Source: Lama guanicoe
Lineage: Eukaryota
Length of the DNA: 64,000 nucleotides
Assembly: GCA_013239625.1 (NCBI GenBank)
Contig: MU054096.1
Span: 533,098 to 597,097 of the forward strand
Direction of reading: 5' to 3'
Shown one piece after another: positions 36,830-48,675 of the stretch. The translations under genes were made by a program, and so were the position numbers. Every line of letters begins with the position of its first letter. Within the stretch, counting starts at the first letter, position 1. The notes beneath the pieces are model-generated. The model was not told where the DNA came from and did no database searches. It saw only the letters and a program-made list of their open reading frames with translations.

Positions 36830-37249
36830 GTCTGTTAATATGAAGTTAGAAATTAAAACAGAAATTTAAGAATATTTATTCATTTATTCATGTGAAAACA
36901 ATAGCAATAAATTTGTTACTTGTTAACCTAAGTAACATACTTTGATGATAAATAGCTATATTATCCAAAAGAAAAAAAAACAGTGTGGAAGTGGCATGAT
37001 TGCACATTTTCACGTTTACCTTTGAGAGAAGACAGCTAGATTCTCATATCTGCTTCCACATTCAATCTGTTGTGATATCACATATTATGTAGCCTCTGGA
37101 AAACTCCACTGTACACTTTCGAGAGAATGAGAATGAAAAAGTTAAGTAATGTCTTACTTCTGTTATATAAATAGTTTTAATCCAGCAGATCTCCTGACTG
37201 GGTCTCAGAAATCTCTCAGCGTCCCTGCACCACACCTTGAAAACTGCTA
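36830..37249 (-). mobile_element. Charlie1/MER119-like hAT relic
   Basis: agaagacagctagattctcatatctgcttccacattcaatctgttgtgatat...gtagcctctggaaaactccactgtacac...cacaccttgaaaactgct. Confidence 0.75.
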
Positions 37250-37269
37250 CCCAAGAAAACTTTCCCACA

Positions 37270-37705
37270 TACCTAGAGGCTTACGAATGCCTAACATGTA
37301 AAAGAATGCTTATTGCACTATTGCTTGTAATGGGAAGAGGTTAGAAACACTAAAAATGTGCATTTAATAGGAGGGTGGATAAACTGAGTATATGCAATAC
37401 TAAGTAGCTGTTCAACTACATAAAGTTACGTGTATCGGATAAATAAATTCCAGAATAAACACCAAATTTGGAGTAATGATTGCTTTTGGATAAGAGAAGA
37501 AAGGAGGGAGGGGAAGGAGATCGGAGAGCCTTTCCCAGGGGTACTTAAATTATTCAAATGTTTGATTTTAAAACTCTAAAGCAAATATGGCAAAATGCTA
37601 AGGTTGGATAAGGCGAGGCAGTTTTGTACATGGGTAATAGTTAACTTCTGTGTTGTGTTTTGATGTATGATTGAAATATTTCAAAATAACATTTTAATTT
37701 AAAAA
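37270..37705 (+). mobile_element. L1ME-like 3' fragment
   Basis: gaatgcttattgcactattgcttgtaatgg...aagcaaatatggcaaaatgctaagg. Confidence 0.55.
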
Positions 37706-38686
37706 GACATCTTTTGGGAGTGGGCTAAACATACGTGTTGATAATCTATGGTTTAAAGTTTATTCACAATTTTGGTGTTTTGAAGGCTTTTCTACAAGTC
37801 TCAAGACACCACAGGAAGAGTTTAGGCTCAATTCTTGCACATATTTTTTTTAAATTTTTATTGAAGTATAGATAGTTGATTTTTAAGATTTCAGGTGTCT
37901 GACTTACACATATTTTTTTCTTAAAATCTTCCTGAATTTGGAAGCTTTCTAAATTTTGAAGGAACAGTCCTTGAAAAAGAGGGTACCTATTTACACTCAT
38001 CCAGTGAGTACTTTGTGAGTAAAGGAACCGTGCAAGATGTTGAGGAGGTGTGAGGATGCACATTCCACATCAGCTGACAATTCCAGAACTCCCCTCTCCC
38101 TCGAGTCCGACACAATCCATCAGGCAATCAGCAAATGCTGCTCTGAGCGTCTGTCCTGCGAGAAGATATGCACCAGTACATGGGACGTCCATTTCAATGT
38201 CCACTCCTTAGGGCACAGAATGCAAAGAATAATTAAGACAGCTGTCATGTGAAGCCACCTCACAGCGGAGTGGTTTAGTGTGCAGCAATACGTAACCAAG
38301 ACACAGGGTGAGGCAGGAATTTGGAGCGAAGTTGAGGACTCGCGAACCCACACCAAGACTCACTTCCAGGGCTGGACTTTCATTTTGTCTGATGGTTTCA
38401 GGTTTCTAGGCAGAGCCTCTGCCTCCTTGTTGCACTAAGATATAAATCTTGTACTATTTCACAGGGAAGAATGTTAGGACAGTCCTGAGTCTCAGGGAAT
38501 TAAGAGTGCTTGTTTGTTTTGTTGTTGTCGTATTTAATTTAAACGTGAGCGTCCTTGAGGGTCACCGGAACCCACAGCAAAGACTGCAGATAAAAGGAGT
38601 TTTCCAGCTTGAACTCTCAACACCTTGACATCTACCCCTGAAAGCATGGACACTCGTTTCATTTGTCAAAAGTGTGAGGCTCTCTG

Positions 38687-38935
38687 CAGACACAGAGATC
38701 AAGCTTATGGTTACCAGAGGGGAACGGGGTTGCAGAGGGATAAAATTGGGAGTTCGAAAATTGCACCTCTTTGGGAGTGATGGAAACGTTAGCTATCCTG
38801 ATTGTGGTGGTGGTGTCATAGGTGTAGACGTCTATCAAAATTCATCAAAGTGTACATCTCAAATATGTGTAGTTTACTGTACAGGGATCACACCACAATA
38901 AAGGTGTTTTAAAAATAAAATTAATTAATTTTTTA
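38687..38935 (+). mobile_element. Young L1 3' end with variant tail B
   Basis: 19-bp TSD aaaag(t/c)gtgaggctctctg (38668-38686, 38936-38954). Confidence 0.9.
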
Positions 38936-41064
38936 AAAAGCGTGAGGCTCTCTGTATCAGACCTTTAATCCTGGGAAGTGTCTGGAAGAGTGAAATAATG
39001 CACACTCACACAGGCTCATGAAATCAGAATAATGATAAAACCCTCGGTCTCCTTTTCCTCCTTTTTTTTTTTTTTTTTTCAGCTGTGAAGCAGCACCTGC
39101 CATTAGCTGTGGTGGTTCTTCTTTTCATATTGTCTGACAGTAGCAGTTGGATCAGGCTGGAGCCAGTGTGACTGAGAGGCAGGCTCCCTGCTTCCACAAA
39201 GCTGAATTTAATAAGATGAGAACAGCATGCCAAGATGGGGAGCTCCCTCCCCAACACTTATCCTGACACCAGCCCTCAGCGGGGCCGTATTGCCCTGGTA
39301 ATCTGGGTGAGCCCGACAGAGCGTCCCGCTTACAAGTTCAATATAATGGAACAGCAGGGGGCGAAGGGCTGGCAGCAAAGCTTAGCAAAGTTCAAGCCTA
39401 TTACTCTCTGCTTGAGGGAAAAGGAGTCACAAAATATTACACCCAGAGCAAGATTGGAACCTGCCAAAGGCTGCAGTGAAACACGCTCAGCCTCGCCCAT
39501 AATGGTGCATTCATGGCTCTGTGGTCCAGGGTAATGTGGATTTAAATGTCTTGAACCCTGACGGACGTGTGTATGCAAATGTCCCCTAAGCCCATCCCGC
39601 ACACGCAATTCTCTTGCCCTGCTGAATTTTAAAGGCAAGGAGGCTGCACGCCGCATCTGTCAAAGAAGATGATGGCTTTTTAATCTGCCTTTAGCAGCAA
39701 GAAGAAGAAACGGGAGTGCAATCTTTCAGCTGCATATCGTGGTCTTTGGTGGTGGGTTTTCCGCCTCTTGTGGTGTTGAATTTAAACCTAATGGGAGAAA
39801 CACCAAGCAAATGGTCTCTGAGTTCAGTCCTGGTTGAGCTAATTTGAATATCAACCCTTCCGTATATGTGAGTTCTAACACAAACTCTGCAGTACAAGTT
39901 AATCAGATCAAACTTTTAGACTTGGAATGGACTTGCCTCAGGCTTTCGATCAGTCACTCCCCTAGACCAAAACTGGTCTCCATCTAACTAGGTCTGGGGT
40001 TTTTGGAAAGAATGATGGTAGAATTAGGACTTGCGATTTTTTCTGCTTCCTCCCCAGACCTGGTTCTTATTACAGCAAAGTCCGGTCAGGTCTGGTGTCA
40101 ATGACAGGGGCCACCAATTCCTGAGCTATCGCTGTGGGCTTCACGGTCTATCCATTACCTCTAATCTTCATGTAGTGAATGCTCATCACTGTAAATTTCA
40201 TGTCATAAATTTCCTCACACTGCTTCGTAGCTGTACAAGCTTCTTTATTTATAGCCGATAAAATCTTCTCTCTGATGCTGCGATGGAGAAACAACTTTAA
40301 ACGCCAGGTTGCCAAATTATGTGTCCCATTCTTTTGCAGTTTCTACAGCCTCTTTGGATGTATCGTGTCACTCAGAAATGCCCAGCCTGTCAGATTTCTT
40401 CTCTGTCCTCTTGCTTCTTTTGAAGTTGGAACCTGGATTTCACATGCCTGTGCAGAATGGGGACTCCAGACCCATGTGGTAACTCTCGGGTCTTCTCAGC
40501 CGCTGCCCTTGATGGCTGGTCTGGTCAGCTGCTTGCATTGAAGAGCAGTCAGATCCTCACTGGTCATCTGGGACATCCTGCTGGTTTACGACTGGGAACT
40601 TCACACGTGCAGACTTTGGCCATCCCAGGAGTACGCAAGTCCTCTGCCTGTCTCTGACCTCTGACCTCATCAGAACTGATGCCCTTCGCCGGGGGTGGGG
40701 AGTCGGGGCAGCAGTGCAAGCCCCCTTCCTGGGGATCATCTCTCCTGTTCCTCCATCGGCCACTCCCTCTCCTGGATGACACTGTGCACACATGAGCACG
40801 GGGTTCTTCTTAAGCTTGTAACTCTGTTTGGGGAAGCAGACCCCTAACCTTGGTGTTGTGAGGGTCTCCTAGACCCACCTGACCCTTTCTATGCTCCACT
40901 CACTAAGTTCAGGACCAAGAGCGAGGGAAATGGGAATCTTGACATCTGACCTCCTTTATCTTCCTCACCTTTCTTCCGTTCAGCGCTACTCTGGATCCAG
41001 AGACAGGGTTTACCTCCATCTTTTCCTGCCCAGTCAGACTCCCTGACCTCATACTTGAGTTCTT

Positions 41065-41360
41065 GTTGCACTAAGAGTATCCTAATTTCTGTTCCTCAGA
41101 AGACAAGGATTCAAGTGGATCTAGTTTATTTGTGGAGGGGGAGCAGGAAATACCAAAAGGGGAGTGGGGAGTGGAGGGAGCAGGGGAGGGGAGTGAGTAA
41201 ATGATTCATTATGGGCCAGTTACCACTGCAGACAACTGGACCTCAACCCCATGGGAAAACTCTGGGAAACAGTGTTGAGCACTTGATCAGTTGTCCACCC
41301 AAGGGTTAAGGAAGCCACAGCATTTTTACTCCAATTCCTGTCACCCACTGGTTGGGGACC
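41065..41360 (-). mobile_element. LTR33-like ERVL LTR fragment
   Basis: gacaaggattcaagtg...gtttatttg...gccagttaccactgcagacaactggacctcaaccccatgggaaaactctggg. Confidence 0.6.
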
Positions 41361-41409
41361 ACACCACTTGGGAGGACAGAACTTTTGTTATATGTGTTCA
41401 AACCCATAG

Positions 41410-42250
41410 AATGAAGATAGACAGATACCAAAGAGGATTTGAGAAGATGCTCAGAATCATCTGTCATCAGTGAAATGCAAATTAAGACAATAAGATACCA
41501 GTACACCCTTACTCAAACAGCAAAAATTCAGAACACCAACACCACCAAATGCTGGCAAGGATGTGGAACAACGCATTTCTGTCGCTGGTGGGAACGCAAG
41601 ATGGTCCAGCCACTTTGGAAAATGGTTTTTCAATTTTTTACAAAACTAAACATACTCTTACCACATGATCCAACAATTGCACTCCTTGGTATTTACCTGA
41701 GTGATGGAAAAACTTATGTCTACACAAAACCACGCACATGCACCTTTAGTAGGTGAATGGATAAATAAACTGGGGTATATCCGGACACCGAAATATTTTT
41801 CAGCAGGTTTTTTTTTTAAGAGCTATCAAGCAGTGAAAAGTCATGGAGGAAACTTATATGCATGTGACTAAGTAAAGAAGCCAATCTGAAAAGGCTACAT
41901 ATTGTACCATTCCAACTATACAACATTCTGCAAAAAGCAAAACTATGGTAAAAAGATCAGTGGTTGCCAGGGATTAGCAGGGAGGGAATAGTTGGAACAC
42001 AGAGGATTTTTAGGGTCATAAAACTCTTCTGTATGACACTATAATGGTGCATGTGTGTCACTGTCTGTTAGTCACATCCCACAGCCTGTACGATGCCAAG
42101 AGTGAATCCTCATGTAAACTGTGAGCTGTGAATGATAATGAAGTGTCAGTTCAGGTTCATCAATTACAACAAAAGTGGTACTCTGGTGGGGGGTGTTAAT
42201 AGCAGGAGAGGCTGTGCTTACGCGGACGAGGGGTATACGGGAAATCTGTG
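41410..42250 (+). mobile_element. L1MC-like ORF2 end and 3' UTR
   Basis: Degenerate ORF2 C-terminus (EMQIKTIRYQYT...KCWQGC...LPHDPTIALLGIY) followed by UTR. Confidence 0.85.
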
Positions 42251-43184
42251 TGAAAGTGTGAGCATCCCTGAAACAAGCAGTCTCCCCTAATATTCACATC
42301 GGAGGACGTCAGGTCTCCCCTTTGCCCCACTTGAGCCCCTCCTTCTTAAGATACCAAGATTCAGGACAAATCGAGGAATACATTGCCTCCGCCCTTTCCC
42401 CAAAAAGAGTGGTCCTCACCTCTTGCTTGGCAGGCACGACCTGGCCTCCCCCCCACCTCTCTCCTCTCCATCCTCTCAGACTCAGTTCTCATCTCCAGAC
42501 CCAGCCTTCATGGCATCTATTGATCAAGGCCAAGGCTGCATCCTCGGATTTAGGCAAAGACAGGAAGCAGGCTCAATGTCTCAGTGGGGTTTAGAAAAAT
42601 GAAGCTTTCTTTCAAAAAATACGTTAGCACCTTGTCTCTCCCCAAATTACCCTAACATACAAGTGCATTGAGATGGTATTAAAATCGAATCCTCATCCAC
42701 TACAGGCTGGAAAGTGAAAAGTGACATGGAAGCAATGTCTAATGATTTGGAAAAAGAGAAAGATCCAACCACAGTAGTGAAGAAATTATGAGGCACCTAT
42801 GACCAGAGAGACCTGAATGTGCTAATTGAATGCCCTCGGATGCCATTATCAGTGACGTCCCTCCAGAATGAGTGACACAAGCACATCTGAGCAGAAAGCT
42901 GAGCTAAGAGCAGAAACAACCATCCTGATGGTGGAGGGAGGGTTCTGTGTGCACCAGTCAACAGGGGAGGGTCCTCGAGTGGGTGGGGTCACCAGGAATC
43001 CTCCACAAACAAGAGTGATAACTTCCCTGGGTTGAGTGTGCCACACCGCGTTTGATACCCAGAGAGAAGACAAGTTTGGTTTTCAGAGAGAATATTAACA
43101 GCTGTATTAGGGATACGTGCCTGCACAAATGCCCGTGCGTACACACACACATACACACATGCGCCAAAGCACAAGTTTCCCTAC

Positions 43185-43320
43185 TCAAAATGTGTTCCGT
43201 GGGACAGTAGCATCAGAATCGCCGGGCCTCAGCCCCACACCTGCTAATTAAGAGCCCGCATTTTGACAAGAACTCCAGGTTCTTTGCATGCACATTAAAG
43301 GTTGATGAGAATTGCCCTAA
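43185..43320. mobile_element. MER5A1-like relic
   Basis: ctactcaaaatgtgttcc...gcatcagaatc...gcattttgacaagaactccagg...gcacattaaagg. Confidence 0.6.
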
Positions 43321-45169
43321 ACCGGTGGCTCATGGCTTTGGCCACACACTGGAATCACTTGAGGATTTCAATGTACAGCGAATTTTAGGAACTGTGGATC
43401 TAAGATGCAAGACAAAAGTATGCCCTGTGTTTTCCCCTCAGATGAGCCCTTTGACTGGTTTAAAAACAGGACGTTGGTGCATAAGAGAAGCACTATTAAG
43501 ACAGTGCTTAAGCTGGTGGAAGACCTGGCTTGTAACTCTTTTTAAGATAATATTATTCCACTCTGGTAATTAATTGTCTCTCTAGCTATGTGCTTCCTGA
43601 GAGCCAGGGTGGAACCTATTCCATTTTACATTAGACTTCAGGCCAACCAACCAAAGGGCTTGGGTGAGGGGCCATGCTGAACTATTGGATGCAAATTAAT
43701 GATAAATTGATGATAATAAATGAAAGATCAAATTCTGGCTTCTCTATGGTATGAATTTTTTTCTTTGTACATTTCAATTGTTGAAGGCATTATTAGGATT
43801 GTATCTCCCCATCAAGACTACAAGCTCCTTGAATGCAGGAACATATTTAAAGCTTTCTACTCCCCTTCCCATCCAAATACGTAACATATTAATCAACACA
43901 ATGGATATATTTGGCACTGGTAAATTTCACTGACCAGCCTCAAGTTTTTATATAACTGAGAGACATGATTTTACATAAGGAGCATTTGAATCTGATCCAT
44001 ATGGTTAAATCTTCATAAACCATATTTACAGGGCATTCACGGTCAGTAATCAACTCTACAGAGATGGCAGGGGAAAAAAGGACAGTCAGAAAGCACTCTA
44101 AATGCTTAATTATTTTTCAGAGTAGAGCATATGGAAGAAAAAAAATCAAGATTCTAATGCTGGCTCTTTGCTTCACTGAGTCCCCCAAATGCTGGGAAGT
44201 CTTGAAGCTGAGGCGGGTTGGGAACTTCATCATGCCTGTGTGATTGTGGGGGACTGATTCAAAAATAAAGGACAGGAGTTTCAGCTGGTCCCCAGCTATG
44301 GAGAATTTTACTCACACAAAGCCCCCATTTGCCAATGCAACTGGTAATTGGACACTTAATTACCCTATTTGCACACATTAAATGAGGGTGTGCCCGCAGG
44401 AAATCAGAGCCCACTCTTACAACTGGGGCCCTGAGCAATGAAACCACAGGCTTTTGTCAACAACTAAATTGATTAGAATTGTGTTTATTTCTGCTCGTGT
44501 TAGTCCACATGTATTTTCACCAGAACCCGATGTCCATTGAGCTAAAAGCTTAGTTAAGAAACCTATGTTATGCAGAAGACCTAGATAGTAATTGCCAACT
44601 ATGTGCCAAGAATCTTTTCATTTTATAGAGAATGCAAGGTCTGAATAAAAAGAAATACTCTTTGCAATCTCATATGCTCAGGCAGACTCAACAGCCTTAT
44701 AGTCATAATAAAGACAGAAGGGCCTTTTAAAAGAATACTTTAAGCGAAATTTCCAGCATGGATTGTCCTCTAGGGTAAATGACTCAGGCATTGAATTTTC
44801 CCATTTCCCTAGGGCAGGTAAAGAAGTGAATTTCCTCTGAAAATCTTCTAGCTGGACAGTGTCCTAACAACGTCCTTGGGGGAAATGTTCTCTGATTTAG
44901 AAGCATGTATTGTGAGTAGGACCATCTGGGTTTCCTCCCCATGAATAAAAACACCAAGACTTGGCTGTGTCTTGATCTTTGATTAGATACAAACCTGGGT
45001 GCTGGTCGTGGCTCTAACTTGCACTACTCATGCACTGCTGGGGAAAGAGTCAATTCCTTGTAATTATTAGATAATGGTGAATGGGAAAGAGAAAGCTTGT
45101 CAGGGAAGATCTGAGACATGGAGGCAGGCCATGGGAGTCCACTGAGCTGTCAAAGAGAGAGGGGAATGA

Positions 45170-45805
45170 ATGCTCATAGCAGCACTATTTACAATAGCCA
45201 AGACACAGGGGCAACCCAAGTGCCCATCAACGGATGATTGGATTAGGAAGATGTTATATACAATGGAATATTACTTGGCCATAGAACAGAGTGAAATGGA
45301 ATATATATACATTGGAATATTATTTAGCCATAAAAAAGAATGAAACACTGCCATTTGCAGCAACATGGATGACCTAGAGATTATCATACTAAGTGAAGTA
45401 AGCCAGAAAGAATGTCAAGGAAGTGACATATCATACTAAGTGAAGGAAGTCAGACAGAGAAAGACAAATACTGTATATCACTTATATGTAGAATTCTAAA
45501 AAATAATACAAATGAATGTGTATACAAAACGGAGACAGATTCAGACATAGAAAACAAACTGGTGGCTACCAAAGGGGAGAGGAAAGGGGTAAGGAACAAA
45601 TTGTGGGCATGAGATGCATAGACACAAATTACTCTGTGTTTAATAGATGAGCAACAAGGATTTCCTGTATAGCATAGGGAATAACAGCAAGTGCCTAGCA
45701 ATAATTTACAATGGAATATAACCTGCAAAAATACTGAATGGCCCTGCTATACATCTGAAATGAAAATAATATTATAAATCAACTATACTTCAATTAAAAG
45801 AAAAG
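45170..45805 (+). mobile_element. L1 3' end with internal duplications
   Basis: ORF2 end and UTR; two copies each of atataca(a/t)tggaatatta...gccata and tatcatactaagtgaag. Confidence 0.85.
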
Positions 45806-45808
45806 AGA

Positions 45809-45942
45809 GGGTAGGGTATAGCTCAGTGGTAAAGCATATGCTTAGCATGCATGAGGTCCTGGGTTCAATCCCCCGTACCTCCATTAAAAAAAGAATAAAA
45901 AATAAAATCAACACACAAAAAACTTAATCCCCCCGCAAAAAG
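45809..45942 (+). mobile_element. tRNA-Ala-derived SINE (Vic-1-like) inserted in an L1 A-tail
   Basis: gggtatagctcagtggtaaagcatatgcttagcatgcatgaggtcctgggttcaatcccc. Confidence 0.9.
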
Positions 45943-46159
45943 AATAGAAGAGGGGAAAGGCAATGTAACATTTCTTCCTATCATGCTACTTTATATTTCA
46001 GTTGAGATCTTTAAATTTCATAAACACCATTTTCACTCGGTGGGTGGGATGTTATAACCAAGGAGACGGTTAACACCTATAAGGAACTGGTAAATCTTTA
46101 AGGCTGACATCTTCCCAACCTGCATCCACTGACATGAATAAATACTCCATGAGTGCTTT

Positions 46160-46336
46160 AAACCCAAGTGTCATTCTCTAGACCAGCAACAGAAACATCA
46201 CTCGGCAACTTGATAGAAATTCAAACTCACGGGCCTCATCTCAGACCTAGTGGACCAGAGATCTTCATTATTAAAATCTGAATTTGAACATGCCCTTTCA
46301 GTGATGCTAATGCTTGCTAAAGTTTCAGAGCCACTG
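46160..46336. mobile_element. MER5A-like relic
   Basis: gaccagcaacagaaacatcact...gggcctcatctcagacct...aaagtttcagagccactg. Confidence 0.55.
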
Positions 46337-46431
46337 TTTTACTCTATGAAAAAGAATCACAATAGAAACTTAGGAATGCATTGTTGAGCATGACTTAATT
46401 CCTCCTCCACAAACAGTCATGATCTGTTGGG

Positions 46432-46485
46432 AAACATGTACATAAATAATGTACATGTACATAAATAAACATGTACATAAATAAT
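46432..46485. repeat. Short tandem repeat (acatgtacataaataa x3)
   Basis: Directly visible. Confidence 0.8.
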
Positions 46486-47829
46486 TAAAATATGGTGTAA
46501 TAGACGCCATACTGGAATTAACTCCAAGGCACAGAACTGCAGAGAGTAAAGAAAGTTAACTTTGTCAATGAGGAAATCGCTAAGCCACCACTTAGGACTT
46601 GGACTTGGACTTGGGACTTAGGCTAGTTAGTTGCCTCTCTGAGCCTTAATTTCCCGTCTATAGGTTGGATGAGTTATGCTAATTAAATAAAGTCATGAGA
46701 AGTAAAAGTGTCTCGCATAGAATCCCTATCTTGAGTAATAGTAGTTCACCCTTAGCCCTTCTTATCTGAACTTCTTCAGGACTTAGAAGGTTAATTGGGT
46801 GTGTAATAAGATTTCAGAATGTGGAATTCCAAACTTTACAGAAAATAACCATTTGCTTCCCAAATCTGATAACAAGTATCAATGATGATTTAACTCCTCT
46901 TTTCGGCTTTCCAGATTCACTGGTTATCAGGGAAGTTCCATGATGGATTTTGTTCAACATTTGCACGTATCAGACTGGCAGGCAAATTTACCTGGAAAAA
47001 CAAAACTTTTCCATTAGTAGTTACTGCTGTGTTGTACCTTCAGCACTTACCAAAATTGTGTCTCCCCCTAAAAGGAAAAAATGCAATGCTAATTATTCAC
47101 TGAACAATTATTGGGTACCTATTTTTTTTTTAACTTCCAAGGTTCAGGGCAAGAAAGATGCTGGAAATGAGGGAATAGAAAAAACAAACATTGCTCCATC
47201 CTCATGAAGCTTATAATCCAACAGAGACAGAGGGTAAGGATATTTTGGAATTGCAAAATTGAACTGCTTATGAAGCTGACATTTTTCTCAAGAATAGAGA
47301 TGAAACACATGTTTGTCCTGAGCAGTGCTTTTATGCTATGTGGAGAACGGCCTGCAGCATGTGAAAGGTAGAGTATGACTTTTACTTCAATTGAGGTGTT
47401 AAATTCTTCTAAGATTCAAAGATGAATAACATATACTTTCTCTCTCCAAAAGGTTTTTAGTGAGTGGGGAGACAGGCAAATAATACACAAAACATACCTA
47501 CCAGTGCCGAGCACAAAGTACAATGTTCAATAATGAAAACAAATGTTACAATTCCTGCTAAGTACAGAAAGATGCTTGAGGAATCCGGTGGAAGCCCTGC
47601 TGGATGCTAGGGCCACGTGGTACCATCAAATACTGCCCTGGGCACAAGGGAAACAAGCTTCGTCTAGATTTGCAGTTAGTAGGACCTGTGGGGCAAAGAT
47701 AAAACTACCCACCTTCAAGGTAGAAAAGTACTCAGGACAGAGGACTGAGATGCAGATCACCTGGATTCAAGTTCTGCTCTAGTTAACAGTGAGCCTGCTA
47801 GCTGCACACCATTAAGACTTTAACCCCTC

Positions 47830-48578
47830 AGTGTGGAGAAAAGGGAACCCTCTTAACACTGCTGGTGGGAATGTAGTTTGGTGCAGCCATTATGGAAAAC
47901 AGTATGGAGATCCCTCAAAAAAACTAGAACTAGACTTACCCTATGATCCAGGAACCCCAGTCCTGGGCATATATCCAGAGGGAACCTTAATTCAAAAAGA
48001 CACCTGCACCCCAATGTTCATAGAAGCACAATTTACAATAGCCAAGACATGGAAAAAACCTTAATGTCCATCAACAGTTGACTGGATAAAGAAGTTGTGG
48101 TGTATTTATACAATGGAATACGACTCAGTCATGAAAAATAATAAAATAATGCCATATGCAGCAACATGGATGGTCCTGGAAAATGTCATTCTAAGTGAAG
48201 TAAGCCATAAAGAGAAAGAAAAATACCATATGATATCACTCATATGTGGAATCTAAAAAAAGAAAAATGAACTTACTCATAAAACAGAAACAGACTCACA
48301 GATACAGAAAACAAACTTATGTTTACCAGGGGGAAGGGGGTGGGAAGGGACAAATTGGGAGTTCGAGATTTGCAGATACCGACTGGTATATATAAAATAG
48401 ATATACAAGTTTAAACTGTAGAGCACAGGGAACTATATTTGATATCTTGTAATAGCTTACAGTGCAAAAGAATATGAAAACGAATATATGTATATTCATG
48501 TATGACTGAAGCATTGTGCTGTAATCGATACAACATTGTAAACTGACTATGCTTCAGTTTAAAAAAGAGTTAAAAAAA
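47830..48578 (+). mobile_element. 5'-truncated L1 inside a MIR
   Basis: ORF2 end, UTR and A tail; degenerate TSD at 47814-47829 / 48579-48594. Confidence 0.9.
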
Positions 48579-48594
48579 AAGGCTTTAAGCCTTC

Positions 48595-48675
48595 TATATG
48601 TGTAACCGAATCACTATGCTGGACACCAGACATTAACACAACGTTGGAAATTGACTATACTTCAATTAAAAAAAA
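48595..48675 (+). mobile_element. Second, very short L1 3' end at the same site
   Basis: gaatcactatgctggacaccagacattaacacaacgttggaaattgactatacttcaatt plus A tail. Confidence 0.8.
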
